DNA of 64,000 nt from Rhizophagus irregularis (lineage: Eukaryota): assembly GCF_026210795.1 (NCBI RefSeq), contig NC_089429.1, positions 6,634,001-6,698,000 of the forward strand, written 5' to 3'. How positions within the stretch are numbered: the stretch's first letter is position 1; each line of letters begins with the position of its first letter. The translations under genes and the position numbers were made by a program. Below, in pieces: positions 26,991-40,454 of the stretch. The notes below the pieces were generated by a model. It ran no database searches and was not told the DNA's origin. It saw only the letters and a list, made by a program, of their open reading frames with translations.

Positions 26991-27309
26991 TTTTTTAATA
27001 CTTTAAACCAATATACTTTAATAAACATTGTGATGTTTTTATGGAATTGATTACCATTGTCCTCCAATATCGATCAAAAAATACTCAAAGATTTCTCTTT
27101 CATACTATATGAAACTCAATGAATTATATCGATACACACTCTTTCAGCTTGATATATTGAATCATATTATATAAATAAGCTGATAAGTGGGAAATGTTCT
27201 TCATTTATTGAATATTCTCATTTGATTCTCCCATTTCTTTGTTTTATTAAAGAAACATGAGTACTGAGATACAAATAGTGTTAGACGCAAAAGTGGTCAC
27301 TATACTTTC

Positions 27310-27760
27310 AGCAACTTTTAAATTTTAAAGTTAAATAGTTTTATAATTAATTTTATTTCTAAATGTTTATAAAACTATATAAATCAAAATAGTTTAATGA
27401 AATTACATGTTGTTACATGACTTTTAATCTTTAAATAGTTTTATATTTCTAAATCTTATAAAACTACATAAATCAAAATAGTATAATGTTAAAATATGAC
27501 TTTGAAACTTAAAGTTAAATAGTTTTATAATTAATTTTATCTTAATGCTTATAAAACTATTCCAAAATAGTTTAAACTTTAAAGTTAGATAGTTTTATAA
27601 TTATTTTTATTTTCAATGCTTATAAAACTATACAAAATCAGAATAGTTTAATGAGATTATGTGTTATTAAAACATGACTTTTAAACTTTAAAGTTAAATA
27701 GTTTTATAATTCATTTATTTCTAATGCTTATAAAACTATTCAAATTAAAATAGTTTAACG
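27310..27760. repeat. AT-rich minisatellite with internally palindromic units
   Basis: About five units of AAATAGTTTTATAA...TTATAAAACTAT...AAAATAG; each unit contains an inverted TAGTTTTATAA / TTATAAAACTA pair. Confidence 0.8.
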
Positions 27761-28979
27761 AAAATTACGTTTTGCTAAAATTTATTATCTTTTATTACAT
27801 ATTTATATTAAAAATTCGTATGCAAGTAGTTTAGATCAACTGAACAATTTTATCTAAATACCTAGAGGTTCAATATATTTTAGAAAAGTATGCACACATT
27901 CACTAAAAGACTTATTCATTCAAATGGCTCTTTAAGGAATTAAATTTATAAAATTGCTATAGATGCTATAAAAAATACAAAAATGACTGTAAAAAAGACA
28001 CTAAAATGTCAGAAATGCCTGAAAAAGTCACTTGTTATTTGAACTGTCTAATAACATGAAAGAATCAAAGTTTTAATGTTTACAGAGAAACATAAGTAAA
28101 TAGTCAACATAAAAAATTAGGATGGAAGAGAATCTTTAATGATGAAAGAGAATCTTTAATTCATTATGATCCTAAATATTTACAGCAAAATATATATACA
28201 AAAAAAAAATTTATGATGATGACATAAAAGATTTTGTTTATTATATTTAAAAATGATTTTTTCCTTACATTTCTGCTGATAAGACCAAGATTTAACAACT
28301 ATACAAAACTTATCAAAACGATCAGGAAAGTTAAGATTCATTTTTTGAAGAGTTAATCAAAGCTTTGGAACTGGAACATATAAAATATCACTACATTAAA
28401 ATTTTTTAATCATGTGAATTATTTTACAAATTGCATGAATCTGGTGAAAAAATAGATATAGGAAGGAATAAATAAATCATTAATTTTGGCATAATTATTG
28501 CTTTGTTTATATAATAGAATTTAAAAAATATCTCATGCATATATTCTAATTAAATCATTAGAAAGATTATGGTCATATCTTAGAAGATGCGCAAGATTAT
28601 CCTGACCATGTTTATGAGTTTATCAACCCAAAAGATCTACCAACATGATGATAAGCCTCCAATCAATAGATCTACAATACACGATGTACGTTATATGATT
28701 TATATGAAAAACATTTTTTGGGTATTTTGTTATCCGACTTTCGTTAAAAATAAAAATCTTAGTATTTTTGAAGCTGTGAATAATCAATTGTCAATAAAGT
28801 TCATTGCAAAAATAGAAGAAAAGTGCGAAAAATTGTTTAAAGTTCATTTGCAAAAAATGAAAAACATACTTAATAATAGATCAAAATTTTAGAATTAATT
28901 TTTTTTAAAACAACAAGAATATCAATAAGAAAAATTTTAACTGGCAATTAGTTAGATAATCAATCAAGTTCTTATGTCT

Positions 28980-29160
28980 ATAGATTGATTTAGTGGAATT
29001 TAAAATTGAACCAAAAACACTTCAAAATCTCAATATCCACATCTCAGTAAAATGGCATAAATTATTTGACAATACCTGCTACAAGTATTCCATCTGAATG
29101 GTGTTTTTCAGTCTCAAGAATTTAATTACAAACAATAGAAACTGTTTAGTAGAGAAAATC
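28980..29160 (+). mobile_element. hAT transposase C-terminal dimerisation-domain relic
   Basis: YPHLSKMA..YLTIPATSIPSEWCFS..NLITNNRNCL matches the hAT 'PATSVPSERxFS...R..L' motif; frameshifted. Confidence 0.75.
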
Positions 29161-29368
29161 TTATTTTTAAGCTAAATTGTAAATTATATAATACAATTTT
29201 GGCTTTATTGTTTATGATTAAAAACACTTCTAATTCATTTTTAATATGCAAAAGTAGTATATATAAAGAATCAAACTAAAGAGGAATTAAAAAAACCTTT
29301 CAACAAGGAAGCAAACCAAAAAAAGATTTATTAAATGAATATTTGTAATTAATACTAATTTTGGTTCA

Positions 29369-31960
29369 AAGAGGCCTCCTAATCCATTTTTAATCTGTAA
29401 AAAAATGAGCATATCAAAGTTGAATTGATTATATAACAATTTTATAATTAAAAATTCTTCAATTCATTCCTAATATACAGATGGCATGTGACAATTTTGT
29501 TTTTTTAATATGCAGATGAATATCTATAAAGTAGTAAATTGAAAAAGAATTTATTGTAATCAATACCAATAATTTTGGATCAAAAAAACCTCCCAATACT
29601 TTTCTAATGTGTAGAAGAAATGTTCATTAGGCAAATTAAAAGGAGTCAATTGTATAACAATTTGGTCTAAATTTATTCCTGATGTGCAGGCAAAATGTTT
29701 ATAAATATTGTAGTTCAAAAATACTTTGATTTATGAATTACTGCATATGGTTTTATTTAATAATAAGACAGAGGCATATATGTGATGGTAGTATGTAAAT
29801 AAAAGCATAAAGAAGCATACTGAAGACTGAAGAAAGATTTATAGTATATATATTAGCTGCTAGATCATTCTGCATTAATTTACCTTATAGATGAAAAAAG
29901 TGATGCATATAATGTCGGAATGCTATTATGGGAGATATAAAGTGGAAAACTACCTCTTCATAACTTTCCAAAGAAGATAGGCCTTGCAAATTCAGTAGCA
30001 TTTCTTGATACTAAAATTATTCAAGACCAGAGAGAGAATATAGCTCCTGGAAAAAAGTGATGCATATAATGTCAACATGCTATTATAGGAGATATAAAGT
30101 GGAAAACTACCACTTCATAACTTCCCAAAGAAGACAAATTCAGCAGCACTTTTTTGACACTAAAATTATTCAAGACCAGAGAGAGAATATAGCTCCTGGA
30201 AAAAAGTGATGCATATAATGTCGGCATGCTATTATAGGAGATATAAAGTGGAAAACTACCACTTCATAACTTCCCAAAGAAGACAAATTCAACAGCACTA
30301 AAATTATTCAAGACCAGAGAGAGAATATAGCTCCTGGAAAAAAGTGATGCATATAATGTCGGCATGCTATTATGGGAGATATAAAGTGAAAAACTACATC
30401 TTCATAGCTTCCCAAAGAAGATAGGCCTTGCAAATTAAACAGCACTTTTTTAACACTAAAATTGTTCAAGGCCAGAGAGAGAATATAGCTCCTGGAAAAA
30501 AGTGATGCATATAATGTCAACATGCTATTATAGGAGATATAAAGTGGAAAACTACCACTTCATAACTTCCCAAAGAAGACAAATTCAACAGCACTAAAAT
30601 TATTCAAGACCAGAGAGAGAATATAGCTCCTGGAAAAAAGTGATGCATATAATGTCGGCATGCTATTATGGGAGATATAAAGTGGAAAACTACATCTTCA
30701 TAACTTACCAAAGAAGATAGGCCTTGCAAATTAAACAGCACTTTTTTAACACTAAAATTGTTCAAGGCCAGAGAGAGAATATAGCTCCTGGAAAAAAGTG
30801 ATGCATATAATGTCGGCATGCTATTATGGAAGATATAAAGTGGAAAACTATCACTTCATAACTTGCCAAAGAAGATAGGCCTTACAAATTAAGCAGCACT
30901 TTTTTAACACTAAAATTTTTCAAGGCCAGAGAGAGAATATAGCTCCTGGAAAAAAAGTGATGCATATAATGTCGGCATGCTATTATGGAAGATATAAAGT
31001 GGAAAACTACCTCTTCATAACTTCCCAAAGAAGATAGGCCTTACAAATTAAGCAGCACTTTTTTGGCACTAAAATTTTTTAAGGCCAGAGAGAGAATATA
31101 CCAGTATTTCAGAAAGTTATGTAGTATGATTGAGAATTTCTGTATAGTATGGTGAAAAAATGATATTATTCATTATGCCAATTTCATAACTATAAAAAAA
31201 TGGTAAAAGTAGAAAAGTCTTGAATTTATGGATTTTTGAATTTTTTAACAAGATTTTCAGAAAAAATATCCTATTGAAGTCAGATTTTTAATACCATATA
31301 TTAAGATGAAACATAAATTGAGGATAAATTAGTTGTTTCTTACAATTGTTTATAACACTCTAATCAATTAAAATCAAGAACATTATTTTTAGTTAATGCT
31401 TATTTTATGGTAAAAATATTAGCTGAAGTAGAATCTACTATTCAACATAAACACCATGATTTTAAATTAAATGATACATATAAGAATTTAGATGGAAAAG
31501 TACACAAGAAAATGGTACATGCAGATCAGATTATTGAGCATTAAAATAAACTTTATTAAAAAAAAATTATATTTTTTGGAAAATGCTAACAGTCAAGGAA
31601 GAAGCCTTCTAATCCTTTTCTAATATATAGAAAAAATGTTCATATGGGGCAAATTAAAAAGGGGTTAATTATACAATAATTTGGGTTTATTTATAATTAA
31701 AAAAGCCTCTAAATTCATCGTCCCTAATATGCAGGCTAAATGTTTATAAAGAAGCAAACTGAAGAGGAATTTATAATATGTATTAGCTGCTTATATCATT
31801 CTGGTGATGCATATAATGTTAGCATGCTATTATGGGAGAATCAAGTGGAAAACCACCATTTCATAACTTTTCAAAGAAGATGGACCTTACAAATTAAGTA
31901 CAGTACACCTTTTTAGTGTTTAAAATTTTTCAAGGCCAGAGAGAGAATATAGTTCCTGGT
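29369..31960 (+). pseudogene. Relics of an HMG-box plus protein-kinase gene
   Basis: Three HMG-box N-terminal fragments (KRPPNPFLICKKNEH 29369, KPPNTFLMCRRNVH ~29586, KPSNPFLIYRKNVH ~31602), with kinase subdomain IX-X fragments following the second and third (KSDAYNVGMLLWEI*SGKLP...IQDQRENIAPG; DAYNVSMLLWE.SSGKPPF at ~31805). Confidence 0.6.
29893..31100 (+). repeat. Eight-unit tandem array (138-159 bp) derived from a kinase exon
   Basis: GTGATGCATATAATGTC recurs at 29900, 30057, 30206, 30344, 30502, 30640, 30798, 30957 (spacings 157, 149, 138, 158, 138, 158, 159). Confidence 0.95.
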
Positions 31961-34900
31961 AATTACAAGAACAATTTTACTTTTAAAATGTTTAATAAGT
32001 TAACAATATGAAATTATGTAATTTTAGCTATAATAAAAAACCAGATGATTTACATTTATTATAATATTCTGAATTATTATACTACTTTTAACATTCAATC
32101 AAAGTAATAACTGGATCCATATATTAGAAGAAATCAGTTTCTAGGCAAGTGGATTATTAGCCATAGTTGAAAATATTTGAAATAGTATGTGCATATTTCA
32201 ATTATAGAACATGAATAAGTTTCACAAAATTTTAGAGTTAAAAGCTATAAAATAACTAACAATGCAAAAGAAACAAATTTACTTATTGAATATTTTAAGA
32301 AATATGAAAACTTAAAGTGATCCAATTTGCTTATAAAAAGAATTTTATTTTTAGATACTGCAATTATTTCTTAAGCAAAAAAGAAGAAAATCAGAGAATT
32401 CTTAAAAAGAACTTTCAAAAATCAGAACTTTTCAACAAGAAGTCTTTTCAAGAAAATGCAATCAAGCCTGGTTATAGAATAGATAAGGAACCTTTCAGAA
32501 GAAGGATACAGCACTTACAAATATCCTACATCATCTTTTAATAAAGATGATATAATAAGGATTTTTGGTAATAATTAAAAAGTCCTCCTCTAAACATTGA
32601 AAGAGTTATTTATATATTATAGAAATTATTCTATTTACTTAAGGATATTGGCATACAACCATTATATTAGGCATGATGAAGTATTGATAGTGAATAAATT
32701 ATTTTATTTTCCATTATTTTACCTTTTATTTTAAGAATAATATATCTTAAGTCATATAATGCTATGCTTGATCCCAATACTTCATATAATTCATAAATTA
32801 TAATCATTTAAAATTACATATAGAAATTATTTTTTACCACTTTTGCCATTATCATTACAACATCTATAGAAGATTCATATTATATATGTAACAGTCATCA
32901 ATTTTTTGGATAGATTTGCAAGTGAAAGTCAAAAGAATACTAATGCAAATTCATTACACTCAACCAGCTGAAAAGGTACAGCCCATGCAGCCTCAAAGGA
33001 AGTTATTTTAAAAACAAAAAAAAAGATCACTAAAAAATAAATATTGATGGTCAATGACAACAATGATATCACATACCACTGAATAAATCAATGTAATTCA
33101 CCAAAATGTATAATTTTTAATATTAAGGAACGTCTGGAACTAAGTTCTAATTCTATAGAGTAAAAAATAATAAGAAATTAGATATTGGAGATGGAGTTTG
33201 GATCAGCAAAAAAATTTTCTAGCAGGTCATAGGTCTACACTGATGATGTTGCTGTGTAGCCTGACAAACAAAATTTTTTGCACTGCCACATTTCGTTATG
33301 GAAATATTTAAATATCCATTTCTTTTAAAAAAATATTCCCTCCCTTTAATTCTTATACTATCATATATACTATTTCTAAAAAAAAAAATTATGTAATATA
33401 GATAGTGAAGGAATAAATTAACAAATTATATATTGGTATTTACCTTTTTCTATATTTTATATAGTAGAACAACATAGGGTCTAAATTTAAATGAGATTCA
33501 AATACAATTTATAGATGAATCTTTAAATTCCCTTTATCTTAATATTCAATCACATCATTTTTCTAAAATAAGATTTGAATACTTTATAATCTCCCAAATA
33601 TTTTTATTAAAAAAAAAAAACAATTTTCTATTAACAGGTTATTCACTCTTCAATATGATATAACCAACATCATTAGATCCAAAAAAATGTAAATTTAGCA
33701 TCATGTGAATTTCTTCTTCTATGGGTTTTTACATACAAAATACATTTTGTTTAAATACTCTTATTTTTATATCTCCTATTTTCATATAATTAATCAATTC
33801 CTACTTTAAAATTCTTATTTGATATCAACTTGGAAATTGTTCAAAATGCAAGATGAAGATCCAAATAAGTTGTTGGCATCACAACCATAAATATATTAAA
33901 TAATCATAGACAAATCAAAATTCTCAGAACATCAGCAGCTTAGAATACTAATAAGAGAATTTTGCAACTTAAAAGATAAATGTAAGGAATCAATATCATA
34001 TTGAAATGAAAATTATCAGCACTGCTTTTAAAATCAAATACTGAAGAAAAATGAATAAATTATGGACATTATTATTATAGATTTATTCTATGAGAACATT
34101 AATATATTACAATACTTACCACAATGATTACAATTTGCCAGGATTGGTAATATTGTAATAAACTTTATAATTGGTATAGATGCTCATATTAAACGCTGAT
34201 ACTCATCATCAGTTGCTCAAATTACTGTATTTAATAGATCAATTGCTTTTATTATATTTATTATTTATATAAAATGGACTTCAGTGACAACCTCCAAAAT
34301 GGAATTAAGTTAACATTTCTAAAACTTTAAAATTCTGAAATTGAAGCATATTATAATTTTTATTCTTATTTCTATTACTCTATTAGTTTTATTCTTTTAA
34401 AAAAAATAATGATGACTTAAAGACACAGATAATAATAGTTAGATGAATCATCAGATAATTAATATATGAATTGAACTGTTATATGAAACGGATAGTTCAT
34501 CTGAATCATGTAATTTAAGCATACATTTAATTACTACAAGAATTTATTGCAGTAAACAAAAAAAGTCAAGGTATATTAAAAAGAGCAGAAATAACACCTT
34601 AAGAAATCATTAAAGAAAAATGTAAAAAATTTGTTTCAAAATTTAATGAAGATCTTATAATCTTATAGAGACTTTACCAGACAAGTTATATCACAATAAA
34701 GACTGGAAAGAAAAAGAGGAAAAGCTTGTCAAAGTTACTAAGAGGATCTTAGACGTTTTAAAAGACGCATATAGAAATTGTTAGCAGCATCATAATCTAG
34801 AATATAATGATTCTGTATTAGAAAAATATGGTAGTATCGATATATACTGTAAGTGATAGAAATTAACTTTACATTTAGGTAGTACTCTTTTTTTATAAAT

Positions 34901-35087
34901 ATTTTGACAAATATCTGAGAAGCATAATAATTTTTTATAGTCAGAAGCACTTTATTACTATATCACTATTGTTACTAATTTTATAACAATGAAAACCAAC
35001 AATAAATGTCAATTAAATAAGAACTAAAATGGAGATATACTTCACATAAAAAGAGTTTGATAAGGTTTTTTTCAAAGAAAATAGTAC

Positions 35088-36010
35088 TTTGTTTGCGATG
35101 ATGGTTCAATTTGGTGATCTTACTTTAGAAATATTACAACAGGAGAAGTGATGGAACATGAAAGTAGCAAATTTCATAACCAACCTGTTATCCTATACTT
35201 TTGTAGATAGTTTTATAATGTTGAAGTTTTCAGTTAATCAATATATATATTATTACTTTATATATTTATATATAACATAATGTACAAATGCAAGAATTTC
35301 CAAACAAACCCAACCAAACCAAAATAATGGAAGCATAACTTAAATTTAATATATGACCAATTATAAGTAGGATGAAAACTATGATAACTATGATATTAGT
35401 TTTAAATTATAGAAAATGTGGATTATTGTATAGTAAATAATTTACTGACACATTGCATATTAGTATATATTTAAACCAATTTATTTTAAATGAAATGAAA
35501 ATTTGTGATCTATTTTACAAGATATGTCAAAAGCATATATACTTCAGTTTGTGATGACGGTTCGATTTGGTGATCTTACATTAGTAATATTACAACAGGA
35601 GGAGTGATGAAACATGAAAGTAGCAAATTTCATAACCAACCCGTTATCCTATACTTTTGTAGATAGTTTTATAATGTTGAAGTTCTCAGTTAATCAATAT
35701 ATATATATTATTACTTTATATATTTATATACTAACATAATGTATAAATGCAAGAATTTCCAAATAAACCCAACTAAACCAAAATAATGGAAGCATAACTT
35801 AAATTTAACATATGACCAATTATAAGTAGGATGAAAACTATGATAACTATGATATCAGTTTTAAATTATAGATCATTAAATGGGGATTATTGTATATATA
35901 GTAAATAATTTACTGACTCATTGCATATTAGTATATATTTAAACCACTATTTATTTTAAATGAAATGAAAATTTGTGATCTATTTTACAAGATATGTTAA
36001 AAGCATATGA
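35088..36010 (+). repeat. Two-copy tandem duplication of ~455 bp
   Basis: GTTTGYGATGAYGGTTCRATTTGGTGATCTTAC at ~35090 and ~35547; both copies end CAAGATATGTYAAAAGCATAT. Confidence 0.93.
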
Positions 36011-36400
36011 CAGAGTAAATATCTACATATTAGAAAAATTTTAATTAATTAAATTTATTAATCTATAGTAAGATAGCTTATGAGAAAAACTTGGTTTATT
36101 ATAATGTCAATGGAGTAATGTATCTTATAAAGCTTAAAAATTCAATTAGTTATTATTATCATAGAGAAAAAAACTTTATTGTTTAAAATACCTGGAAAAT
36201 TATCCAGTATTATTATTTTGCTATTATTTTTATCATGCCTATATATATTAATTAATGCAATTATGGCAGAAGATGTGCAAACTCACCAAAAGGAACTGTG
36301 GATTGCTTTTCAAGATATCAGCAAAGCATTTGACTCAACCAGTATAGATGGTCTGAAAATAGTCTTAAAACACAGATATTCCAGCCAATGTAGTCTTCAC
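35960..36400 (+). mobile_element. Two short LINE reverse-transcriptase fragments
   Basis: ILQDMLKAYDRVNIYILEK (~35985-36040; the duplicate at ~35520 reads QDMSKAY) and LINAIMAED...KELWIAFQDISKAFDS (36250-36340): the non-LTR RT 'D..KA[FY]D' motif. Confidence 0.75.
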
Positions 36401-36799
36401 AATATGCAATTTCTTTTAAGGGACATATCACTCAAATTTTCATGGTAAATTGAAGTAAATATAACAATATATTAATAGGTATTTGAGTATTTGATCAAAT
36501 ATGAATATAACTACATCTGGAGTTATATTTTATGTAGGTTTATGTGAAAAAATATATATATAATCTATAATACTATTTTACATAGTTTTAAGGACCCAAC
36601 ATGGATTTCATGTAGACCTGACTTTATGTGTAAAATAAATTTATATAAAATTATAAATTTTTTATTTTAAATTCAAATAAGATTTTATGTATTACTATAA
36701 GTATTATATTTGATAATAAATTTAATAAATTGTTATTTATTTGAAATATTATATGATTATATTTTACTATAGCTATTAAATTTTACTAGCTAATAATCG

Positions 36800-37700
36800 T
36801 CTGATGATATTGAACTAAAATCTTCATTATTATATTCGTTATACTATAAAAAAATCATATTTATAAAAAAATATTATATATAATCATACTAATATTGAAT
36901 TTACATTTACATCATCTCACAGCATATTGATTTAATTTTGAAATAATATAATCTTCATCCATTTCAATCTTTGAGTATTCAGGATCCAACATATTTGAAC
37001 ACATGCCTTAATTACAAAAGTATTATTTTTAGTTGCATTTTTACCAAACACTTTTGTAACAATTTGAGAAAGTAAAGATTCATCATCTTCATCGAAGAAA
37101 GTTTCTAGATTTTCAAACCACGATCCGGACTTTATCACTTGATTTCCATATAGCAAGATCTGTTTGGCTAGTAGATGTATCTACTTCATTTCTCTAATTG
37201 ACCTTTCAAACATGACTACGTATGCCAACATATTGTTCCAAATAAGCTTCTATAATAATATGAATAACAATATGAACCAACCTAAATAATTATTATAATA
37301 GTACAATTATTAGTATAATATATGAATAAATAAAAAGATAATAAAAAAGGCTATCTAAATTTACCTTTTCTTCAATTCTTTGCCACAAGATGTTCCATTT
37401 AGTCAGTTCATATTTTTGCATTTTTTCAGGAGCCATTACTGCTAAATGTCTTTTTATATGCAATAAAAGTGTTTCTTCCTTTGGATATAGGCAGTCATTT
37501 ATTATTTCTTTAACTCCTCCATCTTTCACAAATTGCTATCATATAAATAAAAATTAAAATAGAACATAAAAAATATGGTTTACAAATGTATATACCTCCC
37601 ACTGCTCGGACTTTTTCCTCCCTTCTATAATAATTTCCAATTTTTCAGTTATGGATTTGATTTGTTTAACTTGTGTTTGCTAGCTTTTTCTTGTTTTGAA
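36800..37700 (-). pseudogene. Degenerate spliced gene of unknown, probably TE-associated family
   Basis: Two ORF fragments (37293-37529, 36932-37156) bounded by plausible AG acceptors and a GTAAAT donor; frameshifts and stops; no domain recognised. Confidence 0.4.
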
Positions 37701-40454
37701 ACATAGCCATGGTTTAATCGTACATCTTTTCATGAAGATTAAAAGGTCTCTTCATTTGGTTCTCAATAATTATATTAAGAATTTAAATCATCAGCAAACT
37801 ATTAGATATTAATTATTATTAATTATATTATTTTTTGAAACATACCATTAATATTTGGTTTGTAACATTGGTATGAACTTGATTTTGGTTAATATCAACC
37901 AATGGTAAGCATGGGGAATTTATATTTCTATCTTCAACTATAATTGGTATTTGTGATTCAGATGAATCTTTTAATAGATTATCATCTGTAATAGTACTAA
38001 GTATATCAAATGATGTATCAGGATAAGTTTTGGAATGAAAGACTCATCATTAGTATTAAACGTAATTTTTGGCTTGGATATGACATTTGAATTCATTCTC
38101 ATTTTTAACGTGTTGAAAATGTTTTTGTCTTTCTCTTTTACTAGCGCTATTAATAAAATTAATGGCAGTTGTTCATTTCTTATCTATTATATTAATGGGA
38201 TCTGAATCGGATATGATCTAATCAGAAACTCAACAGAACAATTTTTAAAGTACCATAAATAGAACTTAAACTTTATCATTAGTATTATCCGAAGCGCACT
38301 ATTCTTACGAACTAATAAAGACCTTTACATTTGTAACACAATCTTTCGTCAGTATTTCTCTGTCATAGTCATCATAGTCACTTGTATTAATCATTATTTT
38401 TTTTTTCAACCAGTTTTATTAGTATATAGAAAGAACATATAGATAAAATTATTATGAGTTAGCTATCTACTAGTGCAATATTCAATAACTGCTGCTGTTA
38501 TAAAAAGAAAACTGCTATTAAAATCCTTGAAAAAAAAAACAATACTATCTAAAAAGTCTCCCAGAAAGAAGTAACTAAAGAACTACCAAAACTAAAAAAC
38601 TAACTATACTGCACTAACACTAAACATCCTCTGAACTTTTTAAATTCGAAAATGAATACCTTTATTTAAATAGTTAAATCTTTTAACGCCCTTTTTTCTT
38701 TTGTCGAATCAGATGCATCAAATTTCATGGGTTAACTCTACTGCGCCATAACTTTACAGTAACTGGGCTTTTCCAATAACTGTTGATCCGGGATTAGTAA
38801 TTACTGATTTTGAATATATTATTTCTTTGTTTAGTTGGAAACTGATTTTACTGATTATCGGTGATTAGAGGTTACAATTACATTATGTAAATTTTTATTT
38901 TATATGTACGTGTATAGTAATAATTTATTTTTATTTTTATTACAATATTACAATATGAGATCATTATCGCTTAAATTTTAGTATTAAATTTTGCAAATTG
39001 CAAATTATATTTATAGTGACGAGTTTAATAGTATATATTGTTCATTTCTTCTAAATCGAATTATAAATTAAATTATAAATAGTATTGCTAAATATCACGC
39101 TGGTGATTATCATCTTACCAGAATCAGTTTTGATGCTGGTGCGGTAATGATCACCACATGGTGATTTTTTTGACATTTTCATTATAAAAACCATATGTCT
39201 GATAAATTTTTTCTCATAAAAGATATAAAGCTATAATAGAATTGTTTTAATTATAAGAATTCATTAAAACTTTTTGCCGCAACTTATAATTTTACGAAAA
39301 ATGAAACATTAATATTAAAATTATATATATAAAATTATATATATACAATTACTGTATTCAGAAAAACAATTACTTATAAGCATTACATGATAAACATTAA
39401 TTCATAGTTTATATATTAATCATTGTGAAGGATGCATGTAGTTATAATAATTATTTTAACTCCATAATTATTTTGAATGGAAGAACTAAGAAAGATGCTT
39501 TAAATAAGAAAAGTCGAAAAGATATATTTATATTTTAATAATACTCAAAGAAATTATAAAATTTTATGAAAATTTTATAAATTTTATTCTAAAATATATA
39601 GGATCATCAACTCGCAATGAATTATTATCTACCGTAGGATTCCAATGTGAGTTAGCTCAAAATTTGATTTTACATGATTGGTCATGCTTGCAGTACAAAC
39701 AAACAACTAGGCGTACAGGGTTTAATAACTACTTTCTGAACTAGATGGTTTTACGAGTTTAATTATACGCAAATAATATTTATTTTATTCTTTATATCAA
39801 GTTAGAATAAATAAAATCTCATACTTGCTAACGATTATTAATCGTTTTTGTTTCATTTGTTAAGGGTAAAGCCAAATTCTCATTAACAGTTTTCAGGGAA
39901 ATTTTGGTATATATAATTCTTTAGTATTAGAAGCCTACAGCTGGCCGTCAGTGTAAACTCGGATTTCATTCATTTTGGCCAAATTTCTATTAAATTCCGA
40001 CGAAATTTAACTTCTAATCCTCTATTCAGATCTCTAATTTAACTGAGCATTTCAAATATCTTTAATTGAACCATCACGTGACAGATACTTTTGCGCCTGC
40101 TGATCTACTCCATATTTGTCATGGTTAGAATTATTTGATTGGCTGTAGGGGTCATGTGTACGTTCCGATGGCCGTCATTATATGTTTACCAAAAGAGGGT
40201 GGGGTATATTAAACAAACAATAAAGTTGCTATAGAACAGCCTAATAAATGCTCTTGATTCTACCTCCACCGAGTTCACGGGTATAACAGCGGCGGCTATT
40301 AATATTAAAAAAAAAAAAGCCACAAGCAATCATTTGAAAGTGATAAGCCACAGGTTGTGCAGATTGGCAACAATTTAACGTAAAGGGTTAGTTTACTAGT
40401 ATGAAATAATTATAAATTTTCCCACCACAATAAAAACCTTATTCTTTTAAAAAA

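Noticed and set aside
30308..30819. Two near-identical 71-aa minus-strand ORFs
   Set aside because: Antisense shadows of the tandem array, 296 bp apart; the recognisable coding signal is on the plus strand.
29893..31100. CRISPR-like array
   Set aside because: Whole 138-159 bp units repeat with no unique spacers, the unit is kinase-derived, there are no cas genes, and the context is eukaryotic.
34540..34640. Possible BED zinc-finger fragment
   Set aside because: Only one Cys and an LRNH-like stretch remain; too degraded to support.
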